Assembly (NCBI GenBank): GCA_963675665.1
Contig: OY776510.1
Span: 992,001 to 1,056,000, forward strand
Source: Spirochaetia bacterium
GTDB taxonomy: Bacteria; Spirochaetota; Spirochaetia; UBA9216
DNA length: 64,000 nt
Direction of reading: 5' to 3'
The position numbers were made by a program, and so were the translations under genes. Each line of letters starts with the position of its first letter. Positions within the stretch are counted from its first letter, which is position 1. The notes beneath the pieces were generated by a model. That model saw only the letters and a program-made list of their open reading frames with translations. It searched no databases and was not told the DNA's origin. Positions 49,975 to 60,003 of the stretch are shown here, piece after piece.

Positions 49975-51498
49975 ATGAAGGATTTTAAAGCATTAGGATT
50001 GCAGAAAAGATTTGACGGTGTTGTAGCACTTAAAACAGTAGATGTCGAATTTGAGGGCCCGAAGATTTGCGGACTGGTAGGTGCAAACGGTTCAGGCAAA
50101 ACAACATTCGCACGATTATGCTGCGGTTTTTATCATGCCGATTGCGGAGAAATATTTGTTAATGGAGAAAGGGTAGATATTAAAAAACCTGAAGATGCTC
50201 TCCGTTACAGAATTGTTTTGGCGCATCAGAATTTAAGTTTAATACCTGATCTTTCAGTTTGGGAAAATATTAAATTAGGCAGAGAAGCAAGAAAAGGTTT
50301 CTGGCTGGATGATAAATTCGATAAGGAGCATGCAAAAGAGATCCTTAATGAATTAGCGCCCGGTGAAATTGCCATAGAGATGAAAATCAGAGATTTGATC
50401 CCTGCTCATAAACAAATCGTTGAAATAGCAAAGGCGCTATCTCAGGATCCTGAGCTTTTGATTCTGGATGAACCGACAGCGGCGCTTGAGATCACACATG
50501 TTAAATTATTATTTAGAAAAATAAAAAAGCTTAAAGAAAATGATACATCAGTGATATTTGTATCCCATAGATTATGGGAAATCACAGAGATTTGTGATGT
50601 TGTATTTGCGTTCAGAAACGGAGAATATGTCGGGTCCCTTGATTTTGCAAAACAGCCCCGTGATGAGGAACTTATAATCCCTTTTGTAACCGGTCAGAAT
50701 GTTAAATATGAAAAGAAGACCAGAAAAAATGATTATTTGAATGAAGGGCCTGATGGTAGAGACTATTTAATACTGGAAAATGTGAATTACGGAAACAAGG
50801 TAAAGAACATCTCCCTGTCTGTGAAGAAAGGCGAGATTATAGGTATCGGAGGATTAAGCGGGCAGGGGCAGGAAGAATTGATAATGTTGCTTGCGGGCGC
50901 TTTAAAGAATACCGGGGGTCTGATAAAAATGGGTGGTGAAGTCCTGAAAATGAATCATCCGGTACATGCTGTAAAGAGAGGAATTTTCCTGGTTCCCGGA
51001 GATAGAAATGTGGATGGTTTATTTAATTCGCATGATGTCTTTACTAACGGGATATTTCCAAGATTTTCATTGAACAAAGAAAAGTTTCTTTTAAATTTCA
51101 GAAAATTATACGACATCATAAATGAAATTATTATTAAAGTAGAATTAAAACCGCAAAACAGTAAAAATGTTGTGAAAAAGCTCAGCGGTGGAAATCAGCA
51201 AAAAATAGTATTCGGCAGATGGCTGCAATTTAAACCGGCAGTGCTGCTTTTAAACGATCCTGCAAAAGGAATAGATATTCAGGCAAAAGATTCGCTTTAT
51301 ACATTGGCAAGAGGTTTGTCGAATGATGGTACTATTGTCGTATTATATTCCAGCAGTAATGAAGAATTAATTGAAAATTGCGATCGCGTGTTTGTTATGT
51401 TTGAAGGGGAGATCGTAGACGAATTTGAAAATCAGAATCTGTCAGATGATAATTTAATAAAATCCTCTTTACGTGTTAAGGGAGATATGAATGAATAA
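49975..51498 (+). CDS. Sugar ABC transporter ATPase
   Basis: GANGSGKTT, LDEPT, LSGGNQQK, NDPAKGID. Confidence 0.93.
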   Translation: MKDFKALGLQKRFDGVVALKTVDVEFEGPKICGLVGANGSGKTTFARLCCGFYHADCGEIFVNGERVDIKKPEDALRYRIVLAHQNLSLIPDLSVWENIKLGREARKGFWLDDKFDKEHAKEILNELAPGEIAIEMKIRDLIPAHKQIVEIAKALSQDPELLILDEPTAALEITHVKLLFRKIKKLKENDTSVIFVSHRLWEITEICDVVFAFRNGEYVGSLDFAKQPRDEELIIPFVTGQNVKYEKKTRKNDYLNEGPDGRDYLILENVNYGNKVKNISLSVKKGEIIGIGGLSGQGQEELIMLLAGALKNTGGLIKMGGEVLKMNHPVHAVKRGIFLVPGDRNVDGLFNSHDVFTNGIFPRFSLNKEKFLLNFRKLYDIINEIIIKVELKPQNSKNVVKKLSGGNQQKIVFGRWLQFKPAVLLLNDPAKGIDIQAKDSLYTLARGLSNDGTIVVLYSSSNEELIENCDRVFVMFEGEIVDEFENQNLSDDNLIKSSLRVKGDMNE

Positions 51499-52477
51499 AA
51501 TAAAAAGAATATCGGCTGATTTGATCAGGCGGCCGTCATTTACCAGTTTCCTCATATTAGTAGTTTTAGTTATTGTAAATGCGATAATTCAGCCCAACTT
51601 TTTTTCGTATCGATCATTAAAATCAAATTTCATGAGCTACACTCCGCTAATATTTGCGGCGGTAGCACAGGGAATGATAATACTCTCCGGTTCCATAGAT
51701 CTGTCGCTTGGAAGTACCATAGCATTGCTCAATTGTCTGACGGCTTCAATGCTGTCCGATTCAAATGTATTCAAGGTAATGATGTTTGGTCTTTTTATAA
51801 CACTTGTCGTCAGCGGTGTTATTAATGGATTATTAATCGGTAAATTAAATCTGTCTCCGTTGATTACTACATTTGCAACCTCGGCAATATATTTAGGAAT
51901 TGCGATGATTATCCTGCCTAAAGCAGGCGGGTATGTCCCGAGGTTTTTATATAATTATTATAAGGGCAGTTTTCTGGGAATTATACCTAATGCCTTTCTA
52001 TTGTTGATTTTAGGTTTGGCTTTATGGTTAATATTCAGCAGAACTTCCGCATATAGATATATCTATGCTGTAGGCAGCAATGAAGACGGCGCTTTTGCCT
52101 CCGGAATTTCAATTTTAAAAACCCGCCTTTTTGCACATCTTTTTTCCGGGTTTTTTATTTTTCTTGCGGGAGTATGTGTTATTATGTTTACTTCAACCGG
52201 AGACTATCGAACGGGAAGCAGCTATACAATGAATTCAATTGCCGCTGTTGTTATCGGAGGAATCTCTCTTTCCGGAGGAAAAGGTTCGATGGCAGGCGCC
52301 GTATGGGGCGCTTTGATATTAGGAGTCCTGAATAATATAATATTCTATTCACATGCCTCTTCATATTTCCAGGTGTTGGCAAAGGGTCTGATTATTGTTG
52401 CTGCATTATGTATCGGAATTATTCCGGCGCTGATTAATAATTCAAGAATGAAAAAAATCGGGGGAAATCTTAAATGA
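51491..52477 (+). CDS. Sugar ABC transporter permease
   Basis: GSIDLSLG, AAVVIGGISLSGG. Confidence 0.92.
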   Translation: MNKIKRISADLIRRPSFTSFLILVVLVIVNAIIQPNFFSYRSLKSNFMSYTPLIFAAVAQGMIILSGSIDLSLGSTIALLNCLTASMLSDSNVFKVMMFGLFITLVVSGVINGLLIGKLNLSPLITTFATSAIYLGIAMIILPKAGGYVPRFLYNYYKGSFLGIIPNAFLLLILGLALWLIFSRTSAYRYIYAVGSNEDGAFASGISILKTRLFAHLFSGFFIFLAGVCVIMFTSTGDYRTGSSYTMNSIAAVVIGGISLSGGKGSMAGAVWGALILGVLNNIIFYSHASSYFQVLAKGLIIVAALCIGIIPALINNSRMKKIGGNLK

Positions 52478-53490
52478 GTGAAATGGCATGTTCGGATAAA
52501 AATGACAGAGGTTCATCAGGAATTTTATTGCGAATAATCAATAACAGGGTTCTTTTTGCATTTATTTTGGTACTGTTTCTTTTTATATTCGGTGAGATAA
52601 TAGTTCCCGGATTTATCAAGTTTAACCATATTATGTCAGTGCTGCAGGCTTCATTCTTTCTGGGAATTATAAGTCTTGGTCAGACAATTGTTGTGATTTC
52701 AGGTGATGATGGTGTAGATCTTTCTGTAGGGGCTGTTTTAACCCTGGGCGTAGTAATTGGAGCTGCAGTTATTAATGGCGATAATGGGCGCGTACTGTAT
52801 GCAATACTTGCTGCTGTCAGTGCAGGTTTTATTGTCGGAATGGTTAACGGTATAGGAGTCTCGATATTGAAAATTTCTCCGTTGATAATGACTATGTCCT
52901 GGGGAATAGTCATTGAAGGAGGGATATTGTTTGCGATAAAAGGACATATGTATGGAACCGGGTCATCTTTCCTGGACATGATTGGAAACGGACATTTTAC
53001 AATTCCTGCATCCTCCGGAGGAAGTTTTACAATTCCATATGTCCTGTTTATTTGGGTTGTTTTAATTTTATTAGCAGTTTTTATTCTGAAAAGAACACGA
53101 GTGGGTTTTATCCTGTATGCTATTGGAGAAAACGATAATGCAGCACGTTTGCAGGGGATAAGAACCGGACTTGTCCGTATTCTGGTATATGGCATTAGCG
53201 GCTTACTGTCATGCCTGACCGGCATACTCCTTTTAGGCTATGTAGGAAGTGCGCATTTGAATTTAGGTAATCGATATATTCTTCCTTCTATTGTTGCAGT
53301 TGTTATTGGGGGTACGAATTTCGGCGGCGGCGCAGGCAGTTATATTGGAACGGTCGGCGGCGCAATATTCTTAACAACATTACAGAGTATATTGGTAACT
53401 CAGGAGATGTCTGAAGGCAGTAAACAGGTAGTTACCGGTTTAGTATTGTTGCTTTTATTAATTTTGTATAACAGAAAAAAGCAAAGATAA
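52474..53490 (+). CDS. Sugar ABC transporter permease
   Basis: GVDLSVG, GENDNAARLQG, AVVIGGT. Confidence 0.92.
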   Translation: MSEMACSDKNDRGSSGILLRIINNRVLFAFILVLFLFIFGEIIVPGFIKFNHIMSVLQASFFLGIISLGQTIVVISGDDGVDLSVGAVLTLGVVIGAAVINGDNGRVLYAILAAVSAGFIVGMVNGIGVSILKISPLIMTMSWGIVIEGGILFAIKGHMYGTGSSFLDMIGNGHFTIPASSGGSFTIPYVLFIWVVLILLAVFILKRTRVGFILYAIGENDNAARLQGIRTGLVRILVYGISGLLSCLTGILLLGYVGSAHLNLGNRYILPSIVAVVIGGTNFGGGAGSYIGTVGGAIFLTTLQSILVTQEMSEGSKQVVTGLVLLLLLILYNRKKQR

Positions 53491-53514
53491 ATATTCATAC
53501 ATAAGGAGATTATA

Positions 53515-54771
53515 ATGGAAGCGGATGTTAAGGAATTATACGATAATAGATTAAAAAGGGTAAAAGATGCTATAGCACTGAAAGAGCCGGATCAGATACC
53601 TATTGTCAGTCCTGTTCAGAAATTTGTTTACGATCATGCCGGAATCACTATGCGTGAGGCTATGTATGAATATGATAAAACCAAATTTGCATGTAAGAAA
53701 TTTGCAGAAGAATTCACGCCTGATATGGATTTTGGGCCCTGGTTTGCACTGCCCGGAAAGGTTTTGGATATTACCAAATTAAACTGGCTTCGCTGGCCGG
53801 GCGGCGGACTGGAAGATGACAATAATATGTATCAATTTATTGAAGATGAATATATGAAAGAAGATGAATACGATGAATTCAATTTTGATATGACTCATTT
53901 TCTTTTAACAAAATGGCTGCCCCGCTCGGTTGGAAATGCAGAAGGATTAAAAAACTTCCCGGTAATAAGAAACGCCATGTGGTTCGGGTGGTTTCCGGCT
54001 TGTCTGCCGTTTGCTTCAGATGAGCTGATCAAGGCTTTTGATACACTGAAAAGAGCAGGCGAAGAATTAGGTAATTATTATAGTTTCGTAGGGCAATACT
54101 TTGACGAAGTAAAGAGTGAATTCGGAATGCCCGCTGCTGCAGGATCCTTTGCCTGGGCGCCCTTTGATTTAATTGGAGATACTCTTCGCGGAACCGAAGG
54201 CGTTCTGATGGATATGTATGATCGACCTGAAAAACTCGAAGAAGCAATAGACAGAATGGTGCCGATCGGTATTGATATGGGTGTTCAGGGATTAAAAAAC
54301 AATCAGAACCCATTCTGCTGGATCTGGCTTCATAAAGGAATGGATTCGTTCATGTCTGATGAATATTTCTCCAGGTTCTACTGGAAAAGCTTCCTCAAGA
54401 TGATAGAGGGAATGGTTGAAGAAGGAGTAATTCCGATGATTTACGGAGAGGGTTCCTTAAATTCCAGACTTAAATATTTTGCCGAATTGCCTAAAGGCAA
54501 GTGTATGCTCCATCTTGAAAATGCCGAAATTGAGGAAATGCGAACCGCCAAAGAAACTCTTAAAGATGTAGTATGTCTTTCTGGAAATGTTCCGAATATT
54601 TTATTCTCGCACGGTTCTGTTGATGAAATAAAAGACTATACAAAAAAACTGATAGATATTTGCGGTAAAGACGGAGGATATATAATGGATACCTCTGCGT
54701 TATTGGATGAGGCAAAGCCCGAGAATGTCAGAGCCTGGTTCGACACGACCCGTGAATACGGCCGTTATTAA
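53515..54771 (+). CDS. Uroporphyrinogen decarboxylase superfamily protein (MtaA/CmuA-like)
   Basis: RVKDAIALKEPDQIP, APFD...LRG, DMYDRPE, SGNVP, GGYI, AKPENV. Confidence 0.85.
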   Translation: MEADVKELYDNRLKRVKDAIALKEPDQIPIVSPVQKFVYDHAGITMREAMYEYDKTKFACKKFAEEFTPDMDFGPWFALPGKVLDITKLNWLRWPGGGLEDDNNMYQFIEDEYMKEDEYDEFNFDMTHFLLTKWLPRSVGNAEGLKNFPVIRNAMWFGWFPACLPFASDELIKAFDTLKRAGEELGNYYSFVGQYFDEVKSEFGMPAAAGSFAWAPFDLIGDTLRGTEGVLMDMYDRPEKLEEAIDRMVPIGIDMGVQGLKNNQNPFCWIWLHKGMDSFMSDEYFSRFYWKSFLKMIEGMVEEGVIPMIYGEGSLNSRLKYFAELPKGKCMLHLENAEIEEMRTAKETLKDVVCLSGNVPNILFSHGSVDEIKDYTKKLIDICGKDGGYIMDTSALLDEAKPENVRAWFDTTREYGRY

Positions 54772-54858
54772 AAACTGATTTTAAACTGATGTCTGGGCGG
54801 AAGTGCCGGGCGGAGATGTTCCACGAACTTTTACCCAGACCTGATGAAAGTGATCAGT

Positions 54859-55344
54859 TTATCTGGTAATTTTTCGGATCATCTTTCCGACAAGTTTTGA
54901 AGTCTTTTTTGTCACTTCCCTGCCTGCTTCCCGTGCAATCTGGTTTTTGACGGCCTCGAACAGTTTTTCCGGGGAAATATCGCCCTTTATAGCTCCTTTC
55001 AGATCGAACGGTTTTTGTCGGTCCGAATCGGGCGCGGCCCCGGTTTCGGGGATATCGTCAATAGTCCATGCGGTTAGTGTTTTCCATTCACCGGAACCAG
55101 CCAGCCAGGCGGTAAATATCCTTTCCGTTGTTTCGACTGATAACCCCGGGCCGCTGCTGTAATGTCCGGAAGCGTCCTGGTACTCGGCAATAAATCCCGT
55201 TTCGGAATACGCGCACTGGATATAGTCTTCTCCGTTTGAAAGAATCAGAAAATCGTTATCGCTGTTAAGTTTTGAGATGTTGTTTTTTAACTGTTCCGCA
55301 GTTACGTTTTCTGCGCTGTAACCGGAAGCCGTCTCTATATTCAT
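54859..55344 (-). CDS. Hypothetical protein (intact copy; its 3' 397 bp form the right direct repeat)
   Basis: 161-aa ORF with AGGAGG RBS; duplicated at 44012-44408. Confidence 0.8.
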   Translation of the reverse strand: MNIETASGYSAENVTAEQLKNNISKLNSDNDFLILSNGEDYIQCAYSETGFIAEYQDASGHYSSGPGLSVETTERIFTAWLAGSGEWKTLTAWTIDDIPETGAAPDSDRQKPFDLKGAIKGDISPEKLFEAVKNQIAREAGREVTKKTSKLVGKMIRKITR

Positions 55345-55519
55345 TCTTTTCCTCCTGATAAAAAAACATTATAACACGGAAAATGCCGGAAATCGGGTAT
55401 TAACAGCAATAAGGGGCGGCAAAGTCTGTTAAACAGTGCAAAGACCCTCGACAAATTAAGGTATCGGGTTTAAATTTGTAGATGTCAGGTTATCACAAAA
55501 AAAACAAGGAGGCAAAACT

Positions 55520-56641
55520 GTGAAATATCTAATCACAGTCATCTTCCTGCTGTTGCTTGTTGCATATTCGCTGTCCGGAGAACCCCTTACAACCGGGGTG
55601 GTCGAATTTGAAGAAAAAAATGATATCGGGCTGGATAATGCCGGGATAATTATTCCCGAAGTTCTTGTTTCACACTTGAAAAATATCGGCAAATATAAAT
55701 TTACGGAACGTATACTGTTAAAAAAGGTGCTCGAAGAACAGGCCCTGCAGATGAGCGGAATAATTGATGAAGATACAGCGGGAGAAGTGGGAAAACTTTT
55801 CGGTCTTGAGGCGGTAATCACCGGTTCGGCAATGAAGATCGGCGATGAAATCACAATCAGCGGAAGGGTCATAAAAACCGAGACTGCGGAGATTATAGCA
55901 TCCGGAACGATAGAATTCACGGAAATCGACAGGCTGAAAGAAAACCTGGAAAAACTGGCTTATCTTCTGTCGGGTTATTCGGAAGACGATTATCAGAATA
56001 TAAAGGTTTCCTATGAAATCTCCAAGAACAACTACGGTTTAAGGCTCGGTTCGGGATATGCCCGGAATTCAAACGATAACGGGTTTTCGGGCCTGCTTAT
56101 AGGCCTGTTCTACCAGGGAGAGAAAATCAGCGCAGAGTTTAACGGTATTCCTCCTGTTCTTGCCAATGTCGCCCTGATAAACCCAGCGGTCAGTTATTTT
56201 CCGTTTACCCATGTCGGATTCGGAGCAAGCTTCATCTTCTGCAGCGATGAACTGAGCAAGGCTGATAAAAATGTAACAGGCGAGGACCATTGGCACGGGG
56301 AATACATGTCGGTTCTTCTTGGAATTAATCTGAGAGCTTCCGAAGCACTAAGGGGTTCCGTATACATGGGGCCGACAATTGACACGGCCATAATGTATCA
56401 GGATGAACAGAATGAAGAGAGGCATTATTCCGGCGGATTTCAGTTCGGGTTTCCTCCTCCGGCAATAACCGTTGAAGCTGAATACTGGTTTCCCAATAAT
56501 ATGTCCTTACGGTTTTTGTTTATAATGGACGGCGGCGACGGCGTATTTGAAGGTGCGGAGACTGATACCGATGGCATGAGCACAATGTTTATAACTCTGT
56601 CGTTGGGATATAAATTTTCAATAAAATCCAGTGATAAATAG
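55520..56641 (+). CDS. Exported CsgG/HfaB-like domain protein with beta-rich C-terminus
   Basis: ERILLKKVLEEQALQMSG...VGKLFG...ITGS motif; signal peptide; LGYKF near the end. Confidence 0.75.
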   Translation: MKYLITVIFLLLLVAYSLSGEPLTTGVVEFEEKNDIGLDNAGIIIPEVLVSHLKNIGKYKFTERILLKKVLEEQALQMSGIIDEDTAGEVGKLFGLEAVITGSAMKIGDEITISGRVIKTETAEIIASGTIEFTEIDRLKENLEKLAYLLSGYSEDDYQNIKVSYEISKNNYGLRLGSGYARNSNDNGFSGLLIGLFYQGEKISAEFNGIPPVLANVALINPAVSYFPFTHVGFGASFIFCSDELSKADKNVTGEDHWHGEYMSVLLGINLRASEALRGSVYMGPTIDTAIMYQDEQNEERHYSGGFQFGFPPPAITVEAEYWFPNNMSLRFLFIMDGGDGVFEGAETDTDGMSTMFITLSLGYKFSIKSSDK

Positions 56642-56693
56642 AGAAAACATCTGTTTGTCCGGGGTTAAAGCCCTTTAACCGTTTGGTAGATTT

Positions 56694-58517
56694 TTATTTC
56701 AAATTAAATCTAATCGTAAAAATGCAACCGCTTGGTTTTTTGTTTGAATAGTTTATTGTTCCGTTATATTTATTAATAATGTTGTAGACTACCGACAACC
56801 CCAGTCCCATATTGTTGCCGGTGTTTTCCTTTGTTGAAAAGAATGGAGAAAACACCTTCTCTATGTATTTTTTATTTATTCCCGGACCATTGTCGCTTAC
56901 TTTAATTTCTACCTCTCTGGAATTTTCTTTAACATCAAGAGAAGTGACAATTTCAATTTCTCCGCCGTCGTTCATTGCTTCAAAACTGTTTCGGATCAGG
57001 TTTAAAAGAATTTGCTTGAATTCAATCGGGTTTATTATAAGCCAGATATCTTCGCGTGATTTGGTAAAATATATTTTTATGTTCTGGTATTGGGCGTTGA
57101 AATTCAAAAGGTTAATTGTTTCCTGCACCAATGAGTTAATTTCAACCTTATCGGTCCAGTCTACAGGTTTGTTTGCGAAGGTCATCAGGTTGCTGGTAAT
57201 ATGGGCGATTGTATTTATTTCGCTGCACAAATTATCTACAGTTTCTTTAAGTGCTGTGTCATCTAATTTCAGGTTAAGGTATTCCAGGTAATTATAAACT
57301 GCAGTCAAAGGATTATTTATCTCATGAGCAACTCCGGCGGCAAGCAGTCCGGTAGACGCAAGCCGTTCCGACAAAATAACCTTTTCACGAAGTTCTTCTC
57401 TTTGGGTTATATCTTCAAGAATTATAATTGAACCGATAAGAAATGAACCGTCATATATCGGATGTGTTTTTATATTTACTCTAAGCTTATCTGATTTTGT
57501 CGTAAAGTTTAAATTAAAATAATTTTTTTCATTTGATTTTAATAAACCGTCTTTTATTAAAGTAAAGATGTCAGGATTTTCTTCAAATAAGTATTCAATA
57601 TTCTTTCCGAGAAATTTATCTGTTTTTGAAAAAAAGCTTTTTGCCTGGTGATTGATTAGTTTTATATTGTTATGACGATCAAGCGCCAGCAGTATAACCG
57701 GAAGTTTCTCCAGAATGGCTTTGTTGTATTTTAACAGTTGATAAAATTCTTCTTTTTCGGAATCAATCATGTCTTCCGACATTATCTGCGTATAAGCCAG
57801 TTTTATCAGGTTGATTTTGTCAATATTTTTTACTCTGTCGGTAATAATTAGCTCGCCGTTTCTTATTATAGTAACCTTGTCGGCGAATTCATAAATGTCG
57901 TCTATACGATGCGTAACATAAAGAATGGTTGTGCCTTCTTCTCTCAATTTTTTGAGAATGTTGATTATTTTTGTAAAATTTATCTGCGACAGTTTCTGAA
58001 GGGCTTCATCAAGAATAAGCAAAGAAGGTTGAGTATAGATATGCTTAATTATTTCAATCAGAATCCTGTCTGAAAGTTTAAGGTTTCGTATTTTAATATT
58101 AGGATCAATATTGAAACCGTACTGTTGTATTATTTTTCTTGCGTTCTCTGTAATTTTTGTTTTATTTTTTCTGAAATATCCGGTCTTGTTTTTTATATGG
58201 GAAAACAAATTGTCCGCAACTGAAAAATTATCAAGCATAGGAAATTGTTGAGTTATAATTTCTACTCCATTATCCATTGCGGTTTCGCGGCTGAAAAAGG
58301 AATGTCTCTTACCGTTGAAAATTATATCTCCGTTTATCGGTTTTTCTATTCCGCTGATGATATTGCATAAAGATGTTTTGCCTGCTCCGTGTTCGCCGAC
58401 TATTGCAATTATTTCTGATTTATTAACCGAATAGTTGATATTTTTCAGTACCTTAAAACCGTTATATGAAAGCTCTATGTTCTGTAATTCAAGCAGCTTA
58501 ATTTGTTCTGATTTCAT
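56694..58517 (-). CDS. ABC-ATPase-PAS-histidine kinase fusion protein
   Basis: N-terminal GEHGAGKT, LLILDE, YVTHR; PAS region ending EDIT; AGVAHEINNPL, NLIRNS, DNGPGI, PFFSTK, GLGL. Confidence 0.9.
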   Translation of the reverse strand: MKSEQIKLLELQNIELSYNGFKVLKNINYSVNKSEIIAIVGEHGAGKTSLCNIISGIEKPINGDIIFNGKRHSFFSRETAMDNGVEIITQQFPMLDNFSVADNLFSHIKNKTGYFRKNKTKITENARKIIQQYGFNIDPNIKIRNLKLSDRILIEIIKHIYTQPSLLILDEALQKLSQINFTKIINILKKLREEGTTILYVTHRIDDIYEFADKVTIIRNGELIITDRVKNIDKINLIKLAYTQIMSEDMIDSEKEEFYQLLKYNKAILEKLPVILLALDRHNNIKLINHQAKSFFSKTDKFLGKNIEYLFEENPDIFTLIKDGLLKSNEKNYFNLNFTTKSDKLRVNIKTHPIYDGSFLIGSIIILEDITQREELREKVILSERLASTGLLAAGVAHEINNPLTAVYNYLEYLNLKLDDTALKETVDNLCSEINTIAHITSNLMTFANKPVDWTDKVEINSLVQETINLLNFNAQYQNIKIYFTKSREDIWLIINPIEFKQILLNLIRNSFEAMNDGGEIEIVTSLDVKENSREVEIKVSDNGPGINKKYIEKVFSPFFSTKENTGNNMGLGLSVVYNIINKYNGTINYSNKKPSGCIFTIRFNLK

Positions 58518-59802
58518 AATGTTTCATCTTGTTATATAGAGTCTTTCTGCTTATACCGAGTAATTGCGCCGCCGCCGATTTATGATTATTTGTTGTTTTC
58601 AGCGCCTTGAGAATCAATTCTTCTTCATTATTTTTTTTTATGCTTAATGAATAAGGCGTTTCTTTAGTATTAAGATACGGCGGCAGATCGTTAATCCGGA
58701 TCTCGTCATTCCTGGCTAAAACCAGCGCATAATTAATAACATTCTCAAGCTCACGTATATTTCCGGGCCAGGAAAATGTTTTAAAAAGGAGAGTTGTTTC
58801 TTTGCTGAGGTGTTTATTGCTTCCTTTCTTTTTGATGAAAATTGCCGACAGGTGTTCAATATCTTCAATTCTGTCTCTGAGCGGCGGCAGTATTACTGTA
58901 GCCGTGTTCAGCCTGTAGTACAGATCCTTGCGAAAGGTTTTTTCCTTAATCATCTCGGGTAAGTCTTTATTTGTTGCTGCAATAAATCGTACATCAATAT
59001 TCAGATCTTCTTTTCCGCCGAGGCGGCGTATCTCCTTGTTCTGAATGGCTCTTAAAATTTTTGCCTGGAGCGACAGCGGCATGTCGCCAATCTCATCCAG
59101 AAAAAGGGTGGATTTATCTGCACGTTCAAAAACTCCTTTAAATAAATCTCCTGCGCCTGTGTAAGCGCCTTTTTCATGGCCGAACAGTTCATTTTCCAGA
59201 AGAGATTCGTTAAAAGACGAGCAGTTGATTTTAACAGCTTTTTTTCCCCTGTGCTGTGAGTTTTTATGAATGAAATCGGCAAGGACCTCTTTCCCGGTAC
59301 CGCTTTCGCCCTGTATCAGGATTGGAATGTCTGATGTTGCAAGGACTTTTACTTTCTCGATTATTTCCTGCATTTCCGAATTCAGAGAAAAGACGGAATC
59401 GTTGACATTCAGGACATTGCTGTTTTCTTCAGCTGTTTGAAGATGCTTCTCAATTATTGTGAAGAGCTTTTTAAAATTAATAGGTTTCTGTATATAGTTT
59501 TTTGCGCCGAACTGAATTGCCTGTACTGCAGTCTCGATTGTTCCGAAAGCGGTTATCATTATTATGGGAATATCCGTATTATATGAAAGCAGTTTTTTCA
59601 GTATAGACATGCCGTCTTCATCACCAAGCCTGATGTCCAGCAGGGTTAAATCCACCGATGAAGATGAATAATGCCTTGCCGCCTCTTCAAAATTTCCTGC
59701 ATAGAGACAATAAAAACCCTTTTCAAGCAGAAGTGGTGATAAACTTTTATAGATGCTGATATTGTCGTCAACCAGTAAAATTGTTTTTTCAAATGTCACC
59801 AT
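58498..59802 (-). CDS. NtrC-family sigma54 response regulator (REC-AAA+-Fis HTH)
   Basis: [43 protein letters not shown]; start 59802 preferred over 59856. Confidence 0.93.
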   Translation of the reverse strand: MVTFEKTILLVDDNISIYKSLSPLLLEKGFYCLYAGNFEEAARHYSSSSVDLTLLDIRLGDEDGMSILKKLLSYNTDIPIIMITAFGTIETAVQAIQFGAKNYIQKPINFKKLFTIIEKHLQTAEENSNVLNVNDSVFSLNSEMQEIIEKVKVLATSDIPILIQGESGTGKEVLADFIHKNSQHRGKKAVKINCSSFNESLLENELFGHEKGAYTGAGDLFKGVFERADKSTLFLDEIGDMPLSLQAKILRAIQNKEIRRLGGKEDLNIDVRFIAATNKDLPEMIKEKTFRKDLYYRLNTATVILPPLRDRIEDIEHLSAIFIKKKGSNKHLSKETTLLFKTFSWPGNIRELENVINYALVLARNDEIRINDLPPYLNTKETPYSLSIKKNNEEELILKALKTTNNHKSAAAQLLGISRKTLYNKMKHYEIRTN

Positions 59803-59846
59803 ATTACCCAAAATATACAAACATGGGTATACATTACCCATGTTTG
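59794..59846. promoter_or_regulatory. Putative enhancer sites for the NtrC-type regulator
   Basis: Perfect palindrome CAAACATGGGTA-TACAT-TACCCATGTTTG 59818-59846; half-degenerate copy TGTCACCATATTACCCA 59794-59810. Confidence 0.7.
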
Positions 59847-59957
59847 ATTTAATCAAATAAGGAATTGTAAAAGCAAAATTTGTATTTGTCCAGAAAATAA
59901 TGTTTCAGAGGTTATTTCCTGATTCATTTTATCGATTTAAACGCTATTTCGTGTTGT

Positions 59958-59973
59958 TGGCATGGATGATGCT
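59958..59973 (+). promoter_or_regulatory. sigma54 (-24/-12) promoter of the ABC operon
   Basis: TGGCATGGATGATGCT = GG-N10-GC, 30 nt upstream of ATG 60004. Confidence 0.82.
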
Positions 59974-60003
59974 TTATATAAGCAAATCTACAGGAGGTTT
60001 TTT

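Larger units (their letters stand above)
44409..54859. mobile_element. Putative ~10.4 kb carbohydrate-utilisation island bounded by direct repeats, no integrase
   Basis: Flanking 397-bp direct repeats, a broken gene at the left junction, visibly AT-richer sequence. Confidence 0.65.

Noticed and set aside
53515-54771. Heme biosynthesis hemE
   Set aside because: Lacks the HemE RQAGR motif and sits in a sugar operon.
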